Assembly: GCA_963796955.1 (NCBI GenBank)
Contig: CAWCNJ010000005.1
Location: 1 to 64,000, forward strand
Reading direction: 5' to 3'
Length of the DNA stretch: 64,000 nucleotides
DNA from: Endomicrobiales bacterium
GTDB taxonomy: Bacteria; Elusimicrobiota; Endomicrobiia; Endomicrobiales; JALOBY01
Shown here piece after piece: positions 29,135-45,495 of this stretch (its first letter is position 1; every line of letters starts with the position of its first letter). The notes under the pieces are model-generated. The model had not been told where the DNA came from. It saw only the letters and a program-made list of their open reading frames with translations, and did not search any database. A program made the position numbers and the translations under genes.

Positions 29135-29473
29135 TTATTTAGCTTTGGTCTCGTCAGAAATAACGATCGTCAGATGGCACGTCTTGCGTTTGTAAGGCAT
29201 GCCGCGGCCCATGGGGCCCGGGCGCATGCGCTTAAGAACAGGGCCTTGTCCGACCCAGCAATTCTTAACTCTCAACCCTGCCTGCGATTTCAGCTTACCG
29301 GTATTGGAAACTGCGCTCTTAAGCGTTTTAGTGATAAGAGTCGTCGCTTCCTTCGGGGTAAATTGCAGTATCTCAAAGGCTTTCTCTACCGGCTTATTGC
29401 GGATAAGGCCAAGCACCTGGTTAACTTTGCGCGGCGCGTATCTTGCGAATTTGCTAATTGCGATTGCGTCCAT
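29135..29473 (-). CDS. rplV: 50S ribosomal protein L22
   Basis: PRKV, LKSA, GPVLKR, HLTIV. Confidence 0.96.
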   Translation of the reverse strand: MDAIAISKFARYAPRKVNQVLGLIRNKPVEKAFEILQFTPKEATTLITKTLKSAVSNTGKLKSQAGLRVKNCWVGQGPVLKRMRPGPMGRGMPYKRKTCHLTIVISDETKAK

Positions 29474-29488
29474 ATTGTCCTCTCTAGA

Positions 29489-29776
29489 TCAAGTAAGTTC
29501 TGCTACGCCTTTTGTATGAGCTGCACCGTGGCCTTTGAAGAAGCGCGTCGGAGAGAATTCACCGAGGCGGTGGCCAACCATCTGTTCGGAAACGAAGACC
29601 GGCAGGAACTTGCGGCCATTGTGCACGGCGATCGTGTGGCCCACGAAATCGGGGGCGATCATGGATGCGCGCGCCCAGGTCTTAATAACTTTCTTCTCAC
29701 CGGACTGGTTGAGTTTCGTTATTTTCTTTTGAAGTTTTTCGTCAATGTACGGACCTTTCTTTGTTGAACGACCCAT
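29489..29776 (-). CDS. rpsS: 30S ribosomal protein S19
   Basis: [19 protein letters not shown]. Confidence 0.98.
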   Translation of the reverse strand: MGRSTKKGPYIDEKLQKKITKLNQSGEKKVIKTWARASMIAPDFVGHTIAVHNGRKFLPVFVSEQMVGHRLGEFSPTRFFKGHGAAHTKGVAELT

Positions 29777-29793
29777 CGTCTACTCCTTTGCGA

Positions 29794-30642
29794 TTAAAGT
29801 GCTGTTTTTTCAGCTGAATTCTTTCCGCGACGTTTAACTATCATCCAGTCCCAGACTTTCTTGGGACGGGTCTTAAAGCCCTTAGCCGGCTGGTTCCAGG
29901 GGCTGCGGGGCTGATTGTTGCCTTTTGATTTACCGCGACCGCCGCCGTGCGGATGGTCTACGGCGTTCATGGCAGTACCGCGCACAGTCGGGCGTATGCC
30001 CATGTGACGGCTGCGGCCTGCTGAACCTATGGTGACGTTTTCGTACTCAATATTACCGACTTGTCCGATCGTTGCCATGCAGCGCACATCGACAAGGCGA
30101 ATTTCGCCGGAAGGCATGCGCAGGTGCGCGTAAGCGCCTTCCTTGGCCAGTATCTGGGCTGAAGCACCGGCAGAGCGCACCATCTGCGCACCAAGACCGG
30201 GCCGCATTTCAAGATTATGCACAAAAGTACCGACCGGGATATTGATAAGCGGAAGGGCATTGCCCACCGTGATCTCGGCGTCAGGTCCGGACATAACGGT
30301 GTCCCCTACCTTCAAGCCAAGCGGCTGCACGATGTAACGTTTTTCGCCGTCCGCATATTCAAGCAGGGCAATGCGGCTGGAACGGTTGGGGTCGTACTCA
30401 ATGGTCATTACTTTGGCAGGTACACCGATCTTATCGCGTTTGAAATCTATGATACGGTAATGCTTCTTATGGCCTCCGCCCTGATGGCGGACCATGATCA
30501 TACCGGTATTGTTACGGCCGCCTTTTTTACGGAGCGGGGTACACAGCGATTTTTCGGGTTCGTTCGTGGTTATGTCTGAGAAGTCTTCAACGGTAATAAA
30601 GCGGCGTACCGGTGTATACGGCTTAAATGTTTTTATCGGCAT
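29794..30642 (-). CDS. rplB: 50S ribosomal protein L2
   Basis: [18 protein letters not shown]. Confidence 0.98.
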   Translation of the reverse strand: MPIKTFKPYTPVRRFITVEDFSDITTNEPEKSLCTPLRKKGGRNNTGMIMVRHQGGGHKKHYRIIDFKRDKIGVPAKVMTIEYDPNRSSRIALLEYADGEKRYIVQPLGLKVGDTVMSGPDAEITVGNALPLINIPVGTFVHNLEMRPGLGAQMVRSAGASAQILAKEGAYAHLRMPSGEIRLVDVRCMATIGQVGNIEYENVTIGSAGRSRHMGIRPTVRGTAMNAVDHPHGGGRGKSKGNNQPRSPWNQPAKGFKTRPKKVWDWMIVKRRGKNSAEKTAL

Positions 30643-30748
30643 TTCTTATTCCTGTTATCGGGCGGACCCCGCTGAGCCTTTGGCGGCTGCGACGGGATAA
30701 GGTCCCATAATTACTTCGAAAGCGCTACGCTTCCTCGACGGTTTTTAA

Positions 30749-31036
30749 TTATGCTTCTTCGGCTACTTTTATCTCCTGGCCATTCTTGATCTTTACTATA
30801 GCTTTTTTCCAGTCCGAACGAAAGCCTGAATGCGCGCCCATGCGTTTTAACTTGCCCGGCACGATAGAGGTATGGACAGTGTCTACATCAACTTTGAACA
30901 GGGTCTGTACGGCATCTTTTATCTGGCCCTTGGTCGCTTCTTTTGCGACAGCGAAAATATACTTATTCTCTTTTTCTTTAAGCATGGCGGCTTTTTCAGT
31001 CACCAGCGGCCTTTTGATAATGTCTTTAAGTTCCAT
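30749..31036 (-). CDS. rplW: 50S ribosomal protein L23
   Basis: PLVTEK, WKKAIV. Confidence 0.96.
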   Translation of the reverse strand: MELKDIIKRPLVTEKAAMLKEKENKYIFAVAKEATKGQIKDAVQTLFKVDVDTVHTSIVPGKLKRMGAHSGFRSDWKKAIVKIKNGQEIKVAEEA

Positions 31037-31054
31037 CTCGGTATCCCTTTATAT

Positions 31055-31663
31055 TTACTTAAGCAGATCTACAGCGGCCGAAGTTATGACCAGCTTCTTT
31101 GCCCATAGAACTTCGTAAGCATTGATATGCCCGGCTTCCGCTACGACGACATCCGGTATGTTACGGGCAGCTTTCTTAAGATTCGCTGAGGCTTTGTCGA
31201 CGGTGATCAAAACATTGCCGCCGGTAACGTTCAAACCCTGAAGCAGGCCGAACATAACTTTTGTCTTTGGGGCTTTCAGGTCCAGGCTTTCCAGCACCAC
31301 AACGTTATCGTTCTTCGCTTTTTCCGCAAGCGCCATAGCAAGCGCAGCCTGACGTTTAGCCTGGGGCAGGCGCTGATAATAATTACGGGGCTTCGGCCCG
31401 AATATAATACCGCCTTTTCTCCACAGACCGGAACGGTTGGAACCGGACCGGGCGTTACCCGTGCCCTTCTGCTTCCAGGGCTTTGCGCCGCCGCCGCTTA
31501 CTTCGCCGCGGCTTTTCGTGGAAGCCGTGCCTGCGCGTTTATTTGCCTGCAAACCGACCACCACTTCGTGCAGCAGCGATTTTTTTACCTTGGTATCAAA
31601 TACCGCCGGAAGTGTCAGCTTGCCGGATTCTTTACCTTGAGCATTATAGAGTTTCGTTTCCAT
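31055..31663 (-). CDS. rplD: 50S ribosomal protein L4
   Basis: KPWKQKGTGNAR, GGIIFGPKPR. Confidence 0.97.
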   Translation of the reverse strand: METKLYNAQGKESGKLTLPAVFDTKVKKSLLHEVVVGLQANKRAGTASTKSRGEVSGGGAKPWKQKGTGNARSGSNRSGLWRKGGIIFGPKPRNYYQRLPQAKRQAALAMALAEKAKNDNVVVLESLDLKAPKTKVMFGLLQGLNVTGGNVLITVDKASANLKKAARNIPDVVVAEAGHINAYEVLWAKKLVITSAAVDLLK

Positions 31664-31689
31664 TACGGCTTCCTTTGTCTTTTATATTT

Positions 31690-32382
31690 CTATTTCTTCT
31701 TAGCTGCTTTTTTCTTATCGGCGACTACGGCTTTCACCGGAGCGACGCGTTTAAGCTTCTTTACGGTACCGCTAATTACCACAATACCTTTATTGGCTCC
31801 GGGAACGGACCCGTTTATGAGTATGTAATTTTTTTCGGCGTCCACCGCAACGACGCGCATATGCTGAACGGTGATCATCTCATCGCCCATATGACCCGGC
31901 CTGCGTGAGCCTTTCAGCACGCGCTGCGGGCCCTGGCTTCCGGAAGATCCGGGTGCGCGCAGCCTGTCGCTTTGTCCGTGCGTTGTCGGGCCGCCGCGGA
32001 AATTGTGGCGCTTCACCGCGCCGGCAAAACCCTTACCCTTGCTTCTGGAGGTAACGTCCACGAAGTCGCCTTCCTGGAACATATCGGCCTTAAGCTCCTG
32101 GCCTACCTGAAAGCTTGCAACGTCGTCAAGGCGGAACTCTTTGAGCACGCGCTTAAGGGTGAGGTTCTTTTTCTTGAACTGTCCAAGCTCAGGCTTCGTA
32201 AGGGCTTTTTTCTTAACTTCGCCATAGCCCAGCTGAACCGCGGTGTAGCCATCGCGTTCTTTGGTGCGCACTTCGGTGACAAGGCACGGGCCCGCCGCAA
32301 CAACGGTAACAGGCACGATGTTGCCCTTCGCATCGAATATCTGCGTCATCCCAACTTTTGAACCAATGATTGATTTTAGCAT
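31690..32382 (-). CDS. rplC: 50S ribosomal protein L3
   Basis: KVGMTQIF, DGYTAVQ, SKGKGF, GHMG. Confidence 0.97.
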   Translation of the reverse strand: MLKSIIGSKVGMTQIFDAKGNIVPVTVVAAGPCLVTEVRTKERDGYTAVQLGYGEVKKKALTKPELGQFKKKNLTLKRVLKEFRLDDVASFQVGQELKADMFQEGDFVDVTSRSKGKGFAGAVKRHNFRGGPTTHGQSDRLRAPGSSGSQGPQRVLKGSRRPGHMGDEMITVQHMRVVAVDAEKNYILINGSVPGANKGIVVISGTVKKLKRVAPVKAVVADKKKAAKKK

Positions 32383-32401
32383 ATTTTTCCCTTATTAGAC
32401 A

Positions 32402-32477
32402 GTCATCCCCGAACGCCTCTATCAGGGATCTGCTGTTTGTGCGAAGCAGATTCCCGATAACGGCTTTCGGGAATGAC
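32402..32477. repeat. GTCAT...ATGAC palindromic element (RPE/dRS3-like architecture)
   Basis: gtcatccccgaa...gggatctgct...agcagattcccga...ttcgggaatgac in the rpsJ-rplC gap. Confidence 0.65.
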
Positions 32478-32505
32478 AGTTCTCACGTCGACAAACACGA
32501 CCAAT

Positions 32506-32829
32506 TTACATTTTTATTTCAATATCCACACCCGCCGGAAGATCAAGCTTCATAAGTTCTTCGACAGTTTTCTGAGACGGCTCAAGAATATCAATAAGCC
32601 TCTTGTGAACTCTCATCTCGAACTGCTCGCGCGATTTTTGTCCGCGTGAACAGAACGGTTGACGTAGTACTTCTTAATAGCAGTCGGAAGAAGCACCGGG
32701 CCCGTAATACTGGCGCCTGTGCGCCGGGCCGTTTCTACGATCTTCGCGAGCGAATCGTCAAGCATCTTGTGGTCATAGGCGCGAGCCTGATTCTCAACCT
32801 TTGCGTGGTATACTTTTTCTATTGACCAT
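32506..32829 (-). CDS. rpsJ: 30S ribosomal protein S10 (multiple frameshifts)
   Basis: Pieces across frames: [43 protein letters not shown]. Confidence 0.9.
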
Positions 32830-32835
32830 TGTTTT

Positions 32836-32927
32836 AGCTCTCAGCTCTCAGCTTTCAGCTTCCAGCTTCAGTACTCAACTAAGATTTGTCTCTTTAGCTG
32901 ACCGCTGATCGCTGACTGCTGATTGCT
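32836..32927. repeat. Inverted heptamer arrays (tuf-rpsJ gap)
   Basis: agctYtc-type x5, then gctgaYN x4; same family as 19443-19536. Confidence 0.75.
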
Positions 32928-32935
32928 CGTATTTG

Positions 32936-34144
32936 TTATTCTACAATCTCTGTCACTACTCCCGCACCGACCGTGTGGCCGCCTTCGCGGATCGCGAAGC
33001 GCAGCTGCTTCTCCATCGCTATCGGAGTTATCAGCTCTATGTCCATCAGAACGTTGTCCCCGGGCATCACCATCTCCATCCCGGCCGGAAGCTGTCGCAA
33101 CTCCCGTAACGTCTGTCGTTCTGAAATAGAACTGCGGGCGGTATCCCGTAAAGAACGGTGTGTGCCTTCCGCCTTCTTCTTTGTTCAATATGTAAACCTG
33201 GCCTTTGAATTTCTTGTGCGGCTTTATTGATCCCGGCGCTGCTATAACCTGCCCGCGCTCCACCTGGTTCTTTTCTATTCCGCTCAGCAGCACTCCTACA
33301 TTGTCTCCTGCCTGTGCTTCGTCAAGCAGCTTCCTGAACATCTCTATTCCGGTCGCCACTGATTTCTGCGTGTCCATGTATTCCTACAATCTCTACTGCG
33401 TCGCCAACCTTTAGTTTGCCGCGTCTCCACCCTGCCGGTCGCCACTGTTCCGCGCCCGGTTATCGTGAATACATCTTCCACTGACATAAGGAAAGGTTTG
33501 TCTATTTCTCTAATAGGAATCGGGATGTACTGTCCAATGCATCCATCAGCTTCATTATTGAATCTACTCCGAGCCGGATCTTTCGCCGCTGCATCGCCTT
33601 CATCGCTGAACCCCTTATCACCGGTATCTTGTCGCCGGGGAAACTGGTACTTCGTCAAAGGCTCCCTGACTTCCATCTCCACAAGGTCCAAAAGTTCTTT
33701 GTCTTCTACCGCGTCGCACTTGTTCATAAATACTACTATGTGCGGCACGTTAACCTGTTTGGCGAGCAGTATGTGCTCGCTCGTCTGAGGCATCGGGCCG
33801 TCTATGGCTGATACCACAAGTATCGCTCCGTCCATCTGCGCGGCGCCGGTGATCATGTTCTTTACATAGTCAGCATGGCCGGGGCAGTCTATATGAGCGT
33901 AATGCCTTTTTTCCGTCGAATATTCAACATGGCGACACGGCTATGGTCAGGATCTTTGAATCGTCGCGGCGTCCCTGGGCTCAGAAGCTTTCGCTACTAT
34001 GTCATATGATATGAATGTCGCAAAACCTTTGTCGGCCTGCACTTTCGTGATCGCCGCTGTCAATGTCGTTTTGCCGTGGTCAACGTGGCCTATCGTTCCT
34101 ATGTTCACGTGCGGCTTTGTGCGGTCAAATTTTGTTTTTGCCAT
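32936..34144 (-). CDS. tuf: Elongation factor Tu (multiple frameshifts)
   Basis: [49 protein letters not shown]. Confidence 0.95.
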
Positions 34145-34168
34145 TTTCTTATTCCTCCGTGTTAATTT

Positions 34169-34202
34169 GTACGGTCGCGCAAGTAAATATTTTCGCCCCT
34201 AC
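34169..34202. repeat. Degenerate REP-like palindrome
   Basis: gtacgg...tattttcgcccctac; the right arm matches 36853-36880; lies in the error-rich zone. Confidence 0.55.
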
Positions 34203-34211
34203 TTATCTTAA

Positions 34212-36322
34212 TTATTTCTTCTGCGTTGCTGATTTTTCAAGTATTTTATCTGCTATCTGTTTGGGCACTTCTTCATAATGCGAAGGTTCCATGGTATAGT
34301 TCCTCGTCCCTGTGTAAGCGAACGCAGTGTGGTCGAGTAGCCGAACATCTCGGAAAGGGGCAACGAAGCCGTGTATATGCTGAAGCTTGTTCCTTATTCC
34401 ATGTTCTCTATTTTTCCGCGGCGCGAGTTAAGATCGCCGATGACATCGCCCATATAATCTTCGGGCACGACAACTTCTATTTTCATAATGGGTTCAAGGA
34501 TAATGGGGTTCGCTCTTTTGGCAGCCGTCTTTTAAGCGCCATGGAAGCGGCGATCTTAAAGGCCATTTCATTGAAGAGTCGACTTCATGGAACGAGCCGT
34601 CTATAAGCGTTGCCTTGAAATCAACCATCGGATATCCCGCAAGCACGCCGGAGGTCAGTGCTTCCGTATACCCTTTTCAACAGCCGGGATATATTCTCTG
34701 GGAACAATGCCGCCACTTAATATTATCTACAAACTCAAAACCTTTGCCCGCCTCAAGAGGTTCGATGTTCATGACACACATGGCCGTACTGGCCTCGGCC
34801 GCCGGTCTGACTGAATATATTTACCTTCTGCCTCAACTTTTTTCTTAATTGTTTCGCGGTAAGCGACCTGCGGCCTGCCGACGTTCGCCTGCACGTTGAA
34901 TTCGCGGCGCATACGGTCAACAATGATATCCAGATGAAGCTCGCCCATGCCGGAGATGATCGTCTGATTTGTTTCTTCGTCGGTACGAATGCGGAACGTA
35001 GGATCTTCTTCAGCAAGACGGCTCATGGCAATGCCCAGCTTTTCTTCGTCAGCTTTGGATTTCGGCTCGATAGCTACTGAAATAACGGGTTCAGGGAAGA
35101 CCATGGATTCAAGCATGATCAGGATGATCCTCATCACAGAGCGTATCACCGGTCGTTGTGTTGCGCAGGCCTACCGCGGCGGCTATATCGCCTGCACGCA
35201 ACTATCTTAACTTCTTCGCGGTTGTTCGCATGCATGCGAAGTATGCTGGCAGATTCTCTCTTTGTAACCCTTTGTGGCGTTATATACATATGATCCGCTT
35301 TCAAGAGTTCCCGAATAAACTCGGAAGAATGTAAGTTTTCCCACGAACGGGTCGGTCTGGATCTTAAAGGCAAGAGAAGCAAAAGGAGCGTCGTCGCTGA
35401 CATCTCTTAACTATTACCTCATCGCCGGTATCGGGGTTAACGCCGGAGAGCGATTATCTTCTCGAGAGGAGAGGGCAGGTAATCACAGACAGCGTCAAGC
35501 AGGGGCTGTACGCCTTTGTTCTTGAAAGCGGTACCGCACAGGCAGGGAACCATCTTTATCGCGAGCGTTCCTTTGCGGATCGCACGTTTAAGCTGCGCCA
35601 CTGTGGAAGGCTTGCCTTCCATATAATTGCTCATAACTTCATCGTCAAAGTCCGCGACCTGCTCAACCATCTTGTCGTGATATTCTTTGGCTTTTTCTTT
35701 GTAGGCTTCGGGTATTTCTATCGTGCTGAATTTCGCGCCGAGCTCTTCACCGTGCCAGATATGGGCGTTCATCTGTACCAGGTCAATAACACCTTCGAAC
35801 TTATCTTCGGCGCCGATCGGCAGCTGAATGGCTACCGGGTTCGCCGCAAGCTGGTCTTTTACCTGGCCGAGCAGCATATAAAAATCCGCGCCTACTTTGT
35901 CCATCTTATTGCCGAACACAAGGCGGGGCACGCCGTAACGGTCGGCCTGGCGCCAAACGGTTTCAGACTGGGGCTCTACGCCGTTTCCGGAGTCAAAGCA
36001 GACACCGCACCGTCAAGCACTCGAGGGAGCGCTCAACTTCGACGGTAAAGTCTACGTGGCCCGGGGTGTCGATTATGTTGAACTGGCAGTCCTGCCATTT
36101 GCAATAGGTTGCAGCTGAAGTGATGGTGATACCGCGTTCGCGCTCCTGCTCCATCCAGTCCATGGTCGTTGAGCCTTCATGGACTTCGCCGATCTTATGG
36201 ATGCGGCCGGTATAATAGAGAATTCTCTCGGTCGTGGTCGTTTTACCCGCGTCAATGTGGGCAACGATACCGATGTTCCTGATCTTTTCTATTGGATATT
36301 CGCGTTTAGTTACTTCAGCCAT
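34212..36322 (-). CDS. fusA: Elongation factor G (multiple frameshifts)
   Basis: [40 protein letters not shown]. Confidence 0.95.
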
Positions 36323-36355
36323 AATCTATTCCTTATTTAATTAAAAATTTAATTT

Positions 36356-36835
36356 TTACCACTTATAATGAGCGAATGCCTTGTTAGCTTCGGCCATTTT
36401 GTGGGTGTCTTCGCGTTTCTTCATGGCGTTGCCTTCCTTGCGGCTGGCTTCCATGAATTCTGTCGCAAGGCGTGTTGCCATCGGGGCGCCTTTGCGAGCG
36501 CGCGCGTATGCAAGTATCCAGCGGATGCAAAGCGCTATAGAACGATCCTCAGGAACTTCCATCGGCACCTGATAGGTTGCTCCGCCGACGCGGCGGGCGC
36601 GCACTTCAAGGAGAGGGCGAACGTTCTCTACGGCCCGGGTGAATACACCGATCGGGTCTTCCTTCATTTTTTCTTCGATGTTCGCGAGCGCTCCGTACAT
36701 TATGCGCTCGGCGGTGGTCTTCTTACCGGTCGCATTAAGCTTGTTAATGAACTTCGCGAGCAGGGATGAGCCGTACTTTGCGTCAGGTGTCGTAACTTTT
36801 TTTCTTGTCTTATTTTTGATCACTTTGCGCGACAT
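36356..36835 (-). CDS. rpsG: 30S ribosomal protein S7
   Basis: [23 protein letters not shown]. Confidence 0.98.
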   Translation of the reverse strand: MSRKVIKNKTRKKVTTPDAKYGSSLLAKFINKLNATGKKTTAERIMYGALANIEEKMKEDPIGVFTRAVENVRPLLEVRARRVGGATYQVPMEVPEDRSIALCIRWILAYARARKGAPMATRLATEFMEASRKEGNAMKKREDTHKMAEANKAFAHYKW

Positions 36836-36852
36836 GTTTATTCCTCTTTATT

Positions 36853-36880
36853 GTACGGGCGAAAGATTTTTCGCCCCTAC
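36853..36880. repeat. REP-like 28-bp palindrome
   Basis: gtacgggcgaaaga-tttttcgcccctac; 4 nt after the rpsL stop. Confidence 0.8.
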
Positions 36881-36884
36881 CTTA

Positions 36885-37277
36885 TTATTTCTTGGCAGCT
36901 GCGTCTTTCTTGGGGCGTTTCATTCCGTATTTCGAGCGGCCCTGGCGGCGGGTGTCAACACCGGTCGCGTCGAGTGTGCCGCGGATAATGTGATAGCGTA
37001 CACCGGGCAAGTCTTTAATACGGCCGCCGCGGATCATGACGATCGAATGCTCCTGCAGGTTGTGGCCGATACCGGGGATGTAAGCCGTAACTTCGTAGCC
37101 GGACGTAAGCTTGACGCGGGCTACTTTGCGAAGCGCCGAGTTGGGCTTTTTAGGCGTCGTGGTGTAAACTCTGGTGCAGACGCCCCTGCGCTGCGGGCAC
37201 TCTTTCAGCGCCGGCGATTTTGTTTTGTTGATCAGTGTACGCCTTCCGTGTTCAATCAGCTGGTTTGTTGTTGGCAT
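36885..37277 (-). CDS. rpsL: 30S ribosomal protein S12
   Basis: [25 protein letters not shown]. Confidence 0.98.
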   Translation of the reverse strand: MPTTNQLIEHGRRTLINKTKSPALKECPQRRGVCTRVYTTTPKKPNSALRKVARVKLTSGYEVTAYIPGIGHNLQEHSIVMIRGGRIKDLPGVRYHIIRGTLDATGVDTRRQGRSKYGMKRPKKDAAAKK

Positions 37278-37289
37278 TTGTTCTCTCTT

Positions 37290-40200
37290 TTATTTTACTT
37301 CGGCGCTGTTGGCGCCGGCTCCGGCGACCGGGGCTTTAAGGCCCGTGCCGGCCGGGATAAGATGACCTATAGAAACGTTTTCTTTCAGGCCGCGCAGGAA
37401 ATCGGACTGTCCTGAGACCGCCGCTTCGGTAAGCACCCGGGTCGTCTCCTGGAAGGAGGCTGCCGAGATGAACGAATCCGAAGACAGTGAAGCCTTGGTG
37501 ATACCGAGCAGGATCGGCTGCGCTACCGGCTGCGTGCCGTCTTTCTTTGTGACCGCTTTCTTTTCTTTTTCGAAACGGTATTTGGAAACGATCTCACCGT
37601 TAAGGAAGGCGCTGTCGCCGGACTCACTGATGCGGACGTTGTAGAGCATCTGGCGTACTATGATCTCGATATGTTTGTCGTTAATGGTAACACCCTGAAG
37701 GCGGTACACCTGCTGGATCTCATTGACCAGGTGTTCCTGCACTTCCTTGGGTCCCTTAACTTTAAGTATGTCATGCGGGTTTACGGCGCCGTCTGAAAGA
37801 GGCTCGCCGACACCGACGCGGTCACCTTCGTAGACCACCAGATGGCGGCCCGTCGGGATAACGTATTCGCGCATAAGCTTTGTCTCTTCGTTGGTAACGA
37901 CGACTTTGAAGTTGCCTTTCGCCGTCGGCTCGCCCAGGTGTACCACGCCGTCGATTTCTGAAACGACAGCAGAGTTCTTGGGACGGCGGCCTTCGAAGAG
38001 TTCGGCAACACGCGGCAAACCGCCGGTGATGTCTTTAGACTTCGCTATTTCCTGAGGTATCTTGGCAAGCACGTCGCCGGCCTGTATGTTGAGCGCCGTC
38101 TTCGGCGACAAGGTTCGTCTCGACAGGAAGCGGATATTCCACCAGCACCTTGCCGGCCTTTTTGATAACTATGCGCGGGCGCAGGCGTTCAGTAGGATGC
38201 TCTATGATCACGCGCTCGATCTGGCCGGTGATCTTTGATTTTTCTTTGTGCAGGGAAACGCCTTCTTTGACGTCTTTCAGTTCCACGGTACCTTCGAGTT
38301 CAGAAATAATGGGTTTCGAATGCGGATCCCACTCGGCAAGCAGCTCGCCTTTCTCAACTTTCTTGTTGTTGGCAACTTTAAGACGCGCGCCGTAGGGCAA
38401 CTGATACACTTCGCGTTTGCGGTTAGGTGTATCGGATAATACCAGCTCTGAGGCGCGGCTGACGACTATATTCTGTCCTTCACGGTTCTTAATTGTTTTG
38501 ACGTTGTGCAGGCCGATAACACCTTCCTGGCCGGAATGCACTTCGGACCTTGTAAGAACGCGGCTGGCCGTACCACCGATGTGGAACGTTCTAAGGGTCA
38601 GCTGCGTGCCGGGTTCGCCGATGGACTGGGCGGCGATAATACCTACCGCTTCGCCGACTTCGGCAACGCGGCCGGTGCCCGGGTGTATGCCATAGCACTT
38701 CGCGCATACGCCGCGCTCCGCTTCACAGGTAAGCACGCTGCGGATACCGATACGTTCTATGCCGGCTGCAGCGACTTTCTTCGACATTTCAGGAGTAATA
38801 ACCTCACCGCGCTTAACGATGAGCTCTTCCTGCATGTCGCCTTCTTTGGTTGTCAGGATGCCCATTATGTTATCAAGGGCAACGCGGCCTACTATACGCT
38901 CTTCCATCTTTTCGATAACTTCGTCGCCGCTGTGCAGTGTGCCGACGCGGACGCCGTTGATGGTTTTGCAATCCTCAATGTTAACGACCACGTCATGCGC
39001 GACGTCGATGAGACGGCGGGTAAGATATCCGGCGTCGGCCGTTTTAAGAGCGGTGTCGGCAAGACCTTTGCGTCCGCCGTGCGTGGATATGAAATATTCC
39101 ATAACGGTAAGGCCTTCGCGGAAGTTTGAAATAACGGGAGATTCGATAATTTCACCGATACCGCCGGTTAGTTTCTTCTGCGGCTTGGCCATAAGACCGC
39201 GCATACCCGCAAGCTGGCGAACCTGCTGGCGGGAACCGCGAGCGCCTGAATCTGCCATCATGAATATGTTATTGAATCTATTGATGCCTTTCTTATAAGG
39301 AAGCACTTCGTCTTTCTTCATTTCGTCGAACATGATGTCGGCGACTTTATCGGTCACGTGCGTCCAGATGTCTATGACCTTATTATAACGTTCGCTTTCG
39401 GTGATCAAGCCCATGCGAGACTGCTTCTGGATCTCCTTAACAAGGACCTGAGCATCTTTGACCATCTTTTCCTTCGCAGGAGGGATACGCATTTCGCTGA
39501 TGGAAATGGAAACCCCGGCCTTTGTGGCATATTTATAGCCCAGTGTCTTGATCTCATCAAGCAGGATCACGGTGCGGTAATGGCCGAGTTCTTTATAGCA
39601 ACGCTCAACCATTTCGGCCAATTCACGTTTAGTGAACATTTTATTATAATAGCCCAATTCAACGGGAAGATGTGAATTGAATATAATACGTCCGACAGTG
39701 GTATGATTCTTCCAGTTCTTAACATCGCGCTGATCCGCATCCTTAACGCCTTCTTCACGGATCTTGGTAATACCTTCACATTTCACACGCGCGTGAAGAT
39801 CTACACTGCCGGTTTGATAAGCGGTCATGACCTCTTCCGGGCTTGAGAAGATGGTGCCTTCTCCGGGAACCCCGGACTTTTCTTTTGTCAGGTAGCAGAT
39901 ACCAAGCACCATGTCCTGGCTGGGCACCGCTATAGGCTTACCGGAGGCAGGGGAAAGGATATTGTTGACGGAAAGCATCAGCAATCTCGCTTCCAGCTGG
40001 GCTTCGGCGGATATAGGAACGTGCACGGCCATCTGGTCACCGTCAAAGTCAGCATTGAAGGCGGAACAGGTAAGCGGGTGAAGGCGGATGGATTTGCCTT
40101 CAACCAGCACCGGTTCGAACGCCTGAATACCGAGGCGATGCAGGGTCGGCGCGCGGTTAAGCATGATCGGGTGATGTTTGGTCACGCGTTCAAGTATGTT

Positions 40201-41460
40201 CCATACGCCGGCGGCGCCGCGTTCAAGCATCTTGCGGGCGGCTTTAAGAGTAACTTTTTCTTCTTTTATAAGCTCGCGGATAATGAACGGTTTGAAGAGT
40301 TCCAGCGCCATTTCTTTCGGCAGTCCGCACTGGTGCAGCTTCAGTGTCGGGCCGACAACGATAACGGAACGACCGGAATAGTCTACGCGTTTACCAAGCA
40401 GGTTCTGGCGGAAACGGCCCTGTTTACCTTTCAACGTATCGGAAAGGGATTTCAGAGGACGGTTGCCTGCCCCGGTTACCGGCCTGGAACGGGACTCATT
40501 GTCTATAAGGGCGTCAACAGCTTCCTGCAGCAGGCGTTTTTCGTTATTTATCATAACGATAGGCGCTTTAAGCTGCTCTATGTGGCGCAGTCTGTTGTTC
40601 CGGTTTATAATGCGGCGATAAAGGTCGTTAAGGTCTGAGGTCGCGAACCGTCCGCCTTCAAGGGCGACGAGCGGACGAAGATCGGGCGGGATCACGGGAA
40701 GAACGTTCAGCACCATCCATTCCGGACGTGTCTCGGAATTAAGGAAACCTTCCACAACGCGCAATTTGCGGATCAGGCGGGCGCGTTCGGCGTCGGACTT
40801 GGTTTTCTTTATTTCTTCACGGATCTCTTTGGCCTCAGCAGCGAGGTCAAAATTGCCGAGCAGTTTACGGATAGCGCCGGCTCCGATGTCCACTTTCAAT
40901 TTGTCTTTATATTCCTGACGGAATTTGTGATACTCTTCTTCCGTGATAAGCTGTGTTTCTTTCAGCACCATTTTGCCGGAAGCATCTTTAAGGTCTTCCA
41001 TGACAAGATAGCGGGTGTAATAGATAACGCGTTCAAGATCGGTCAGCTTCATATTAAGAAGGATGCCGATGCGTGAGGGCGGCTTACGCAGGAACCACAA
41101 ATGGGCGACAGGGACCGCAAGTTCAATATGACCGAAACGTTCACGGCGCACTTTGGATTCGGTAACCTCAACGCCACAGCGGTCGCAGACCTGGCCTTTA
41201 TGTTTTACATATTTGTATTTGCCGCAATGACATTCCCAGTCCTTGGTAGGCCCGAATATGCGATCACAGAAAAGGCCGTCCCGCTCAGGTTTGAACGTAC
41301 GGTAGTTTATGGTTTCCGGCTTTTTCACTTCACCATAAGACCATGAGCGGATCTGATCGGGGCTTGCAATAGTAAGCCTTACCGAATCAAAACCGGTGAA
41401 GTTAAGCGTTGGTGCGCATTTCTTCTTGCTGCCTGGTACCGCGAATGTTAGTTTTGCCAT
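37290..41460 (-). CDS. rpoC: RNA polymerase beta' subunit (one frameshift near 38100)
   Basis: NADFDGD catalytic motif, [26 protein letters not shown]. Confidence 0.97.
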
Positions 41461-41490
41461 ATTTTTCCCTGTAACTGATTTATATATACT

Positions 41491-45300
<3,810 letters not shown>

Positions 45301-45351
45301 AGTTTTTTTAAATAATAGAAATATACATCATAGTATGAACAATAGATAGAG

Positions 45352-45380
45352 ATTCTACTTGTTTTAATACTGCTTGTCAA
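45352..45380 (-). promoter_or_regulatory. Sigma70-type promoter for rpoB
   Basis: TTGACA (45375-80), 17 nt, TAGAAT (45352-57). Confidence 0.75.
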
Positions 45381-45417
45381 GCAAAATCAGTGTATTTTTA
45401 ATGGCGAATGCAAGTTC

Positions 45418-45484
45418 AGAAAATTGAAAATTAGAAAATTAAGGTGTTGTTGTTGCCTTAATCTTCTAAATTTTCAATTTTTCT
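45418..45484. repeat. AT-rich inverted heptamer-array hairpin after rplL
   Basis: (gaaaatt)x3-aagg ... ccttaatcttctaaattttcaatttttct. Confidence 0.65.
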
Positions 45485-45495
45485 TAATTGTTAGT

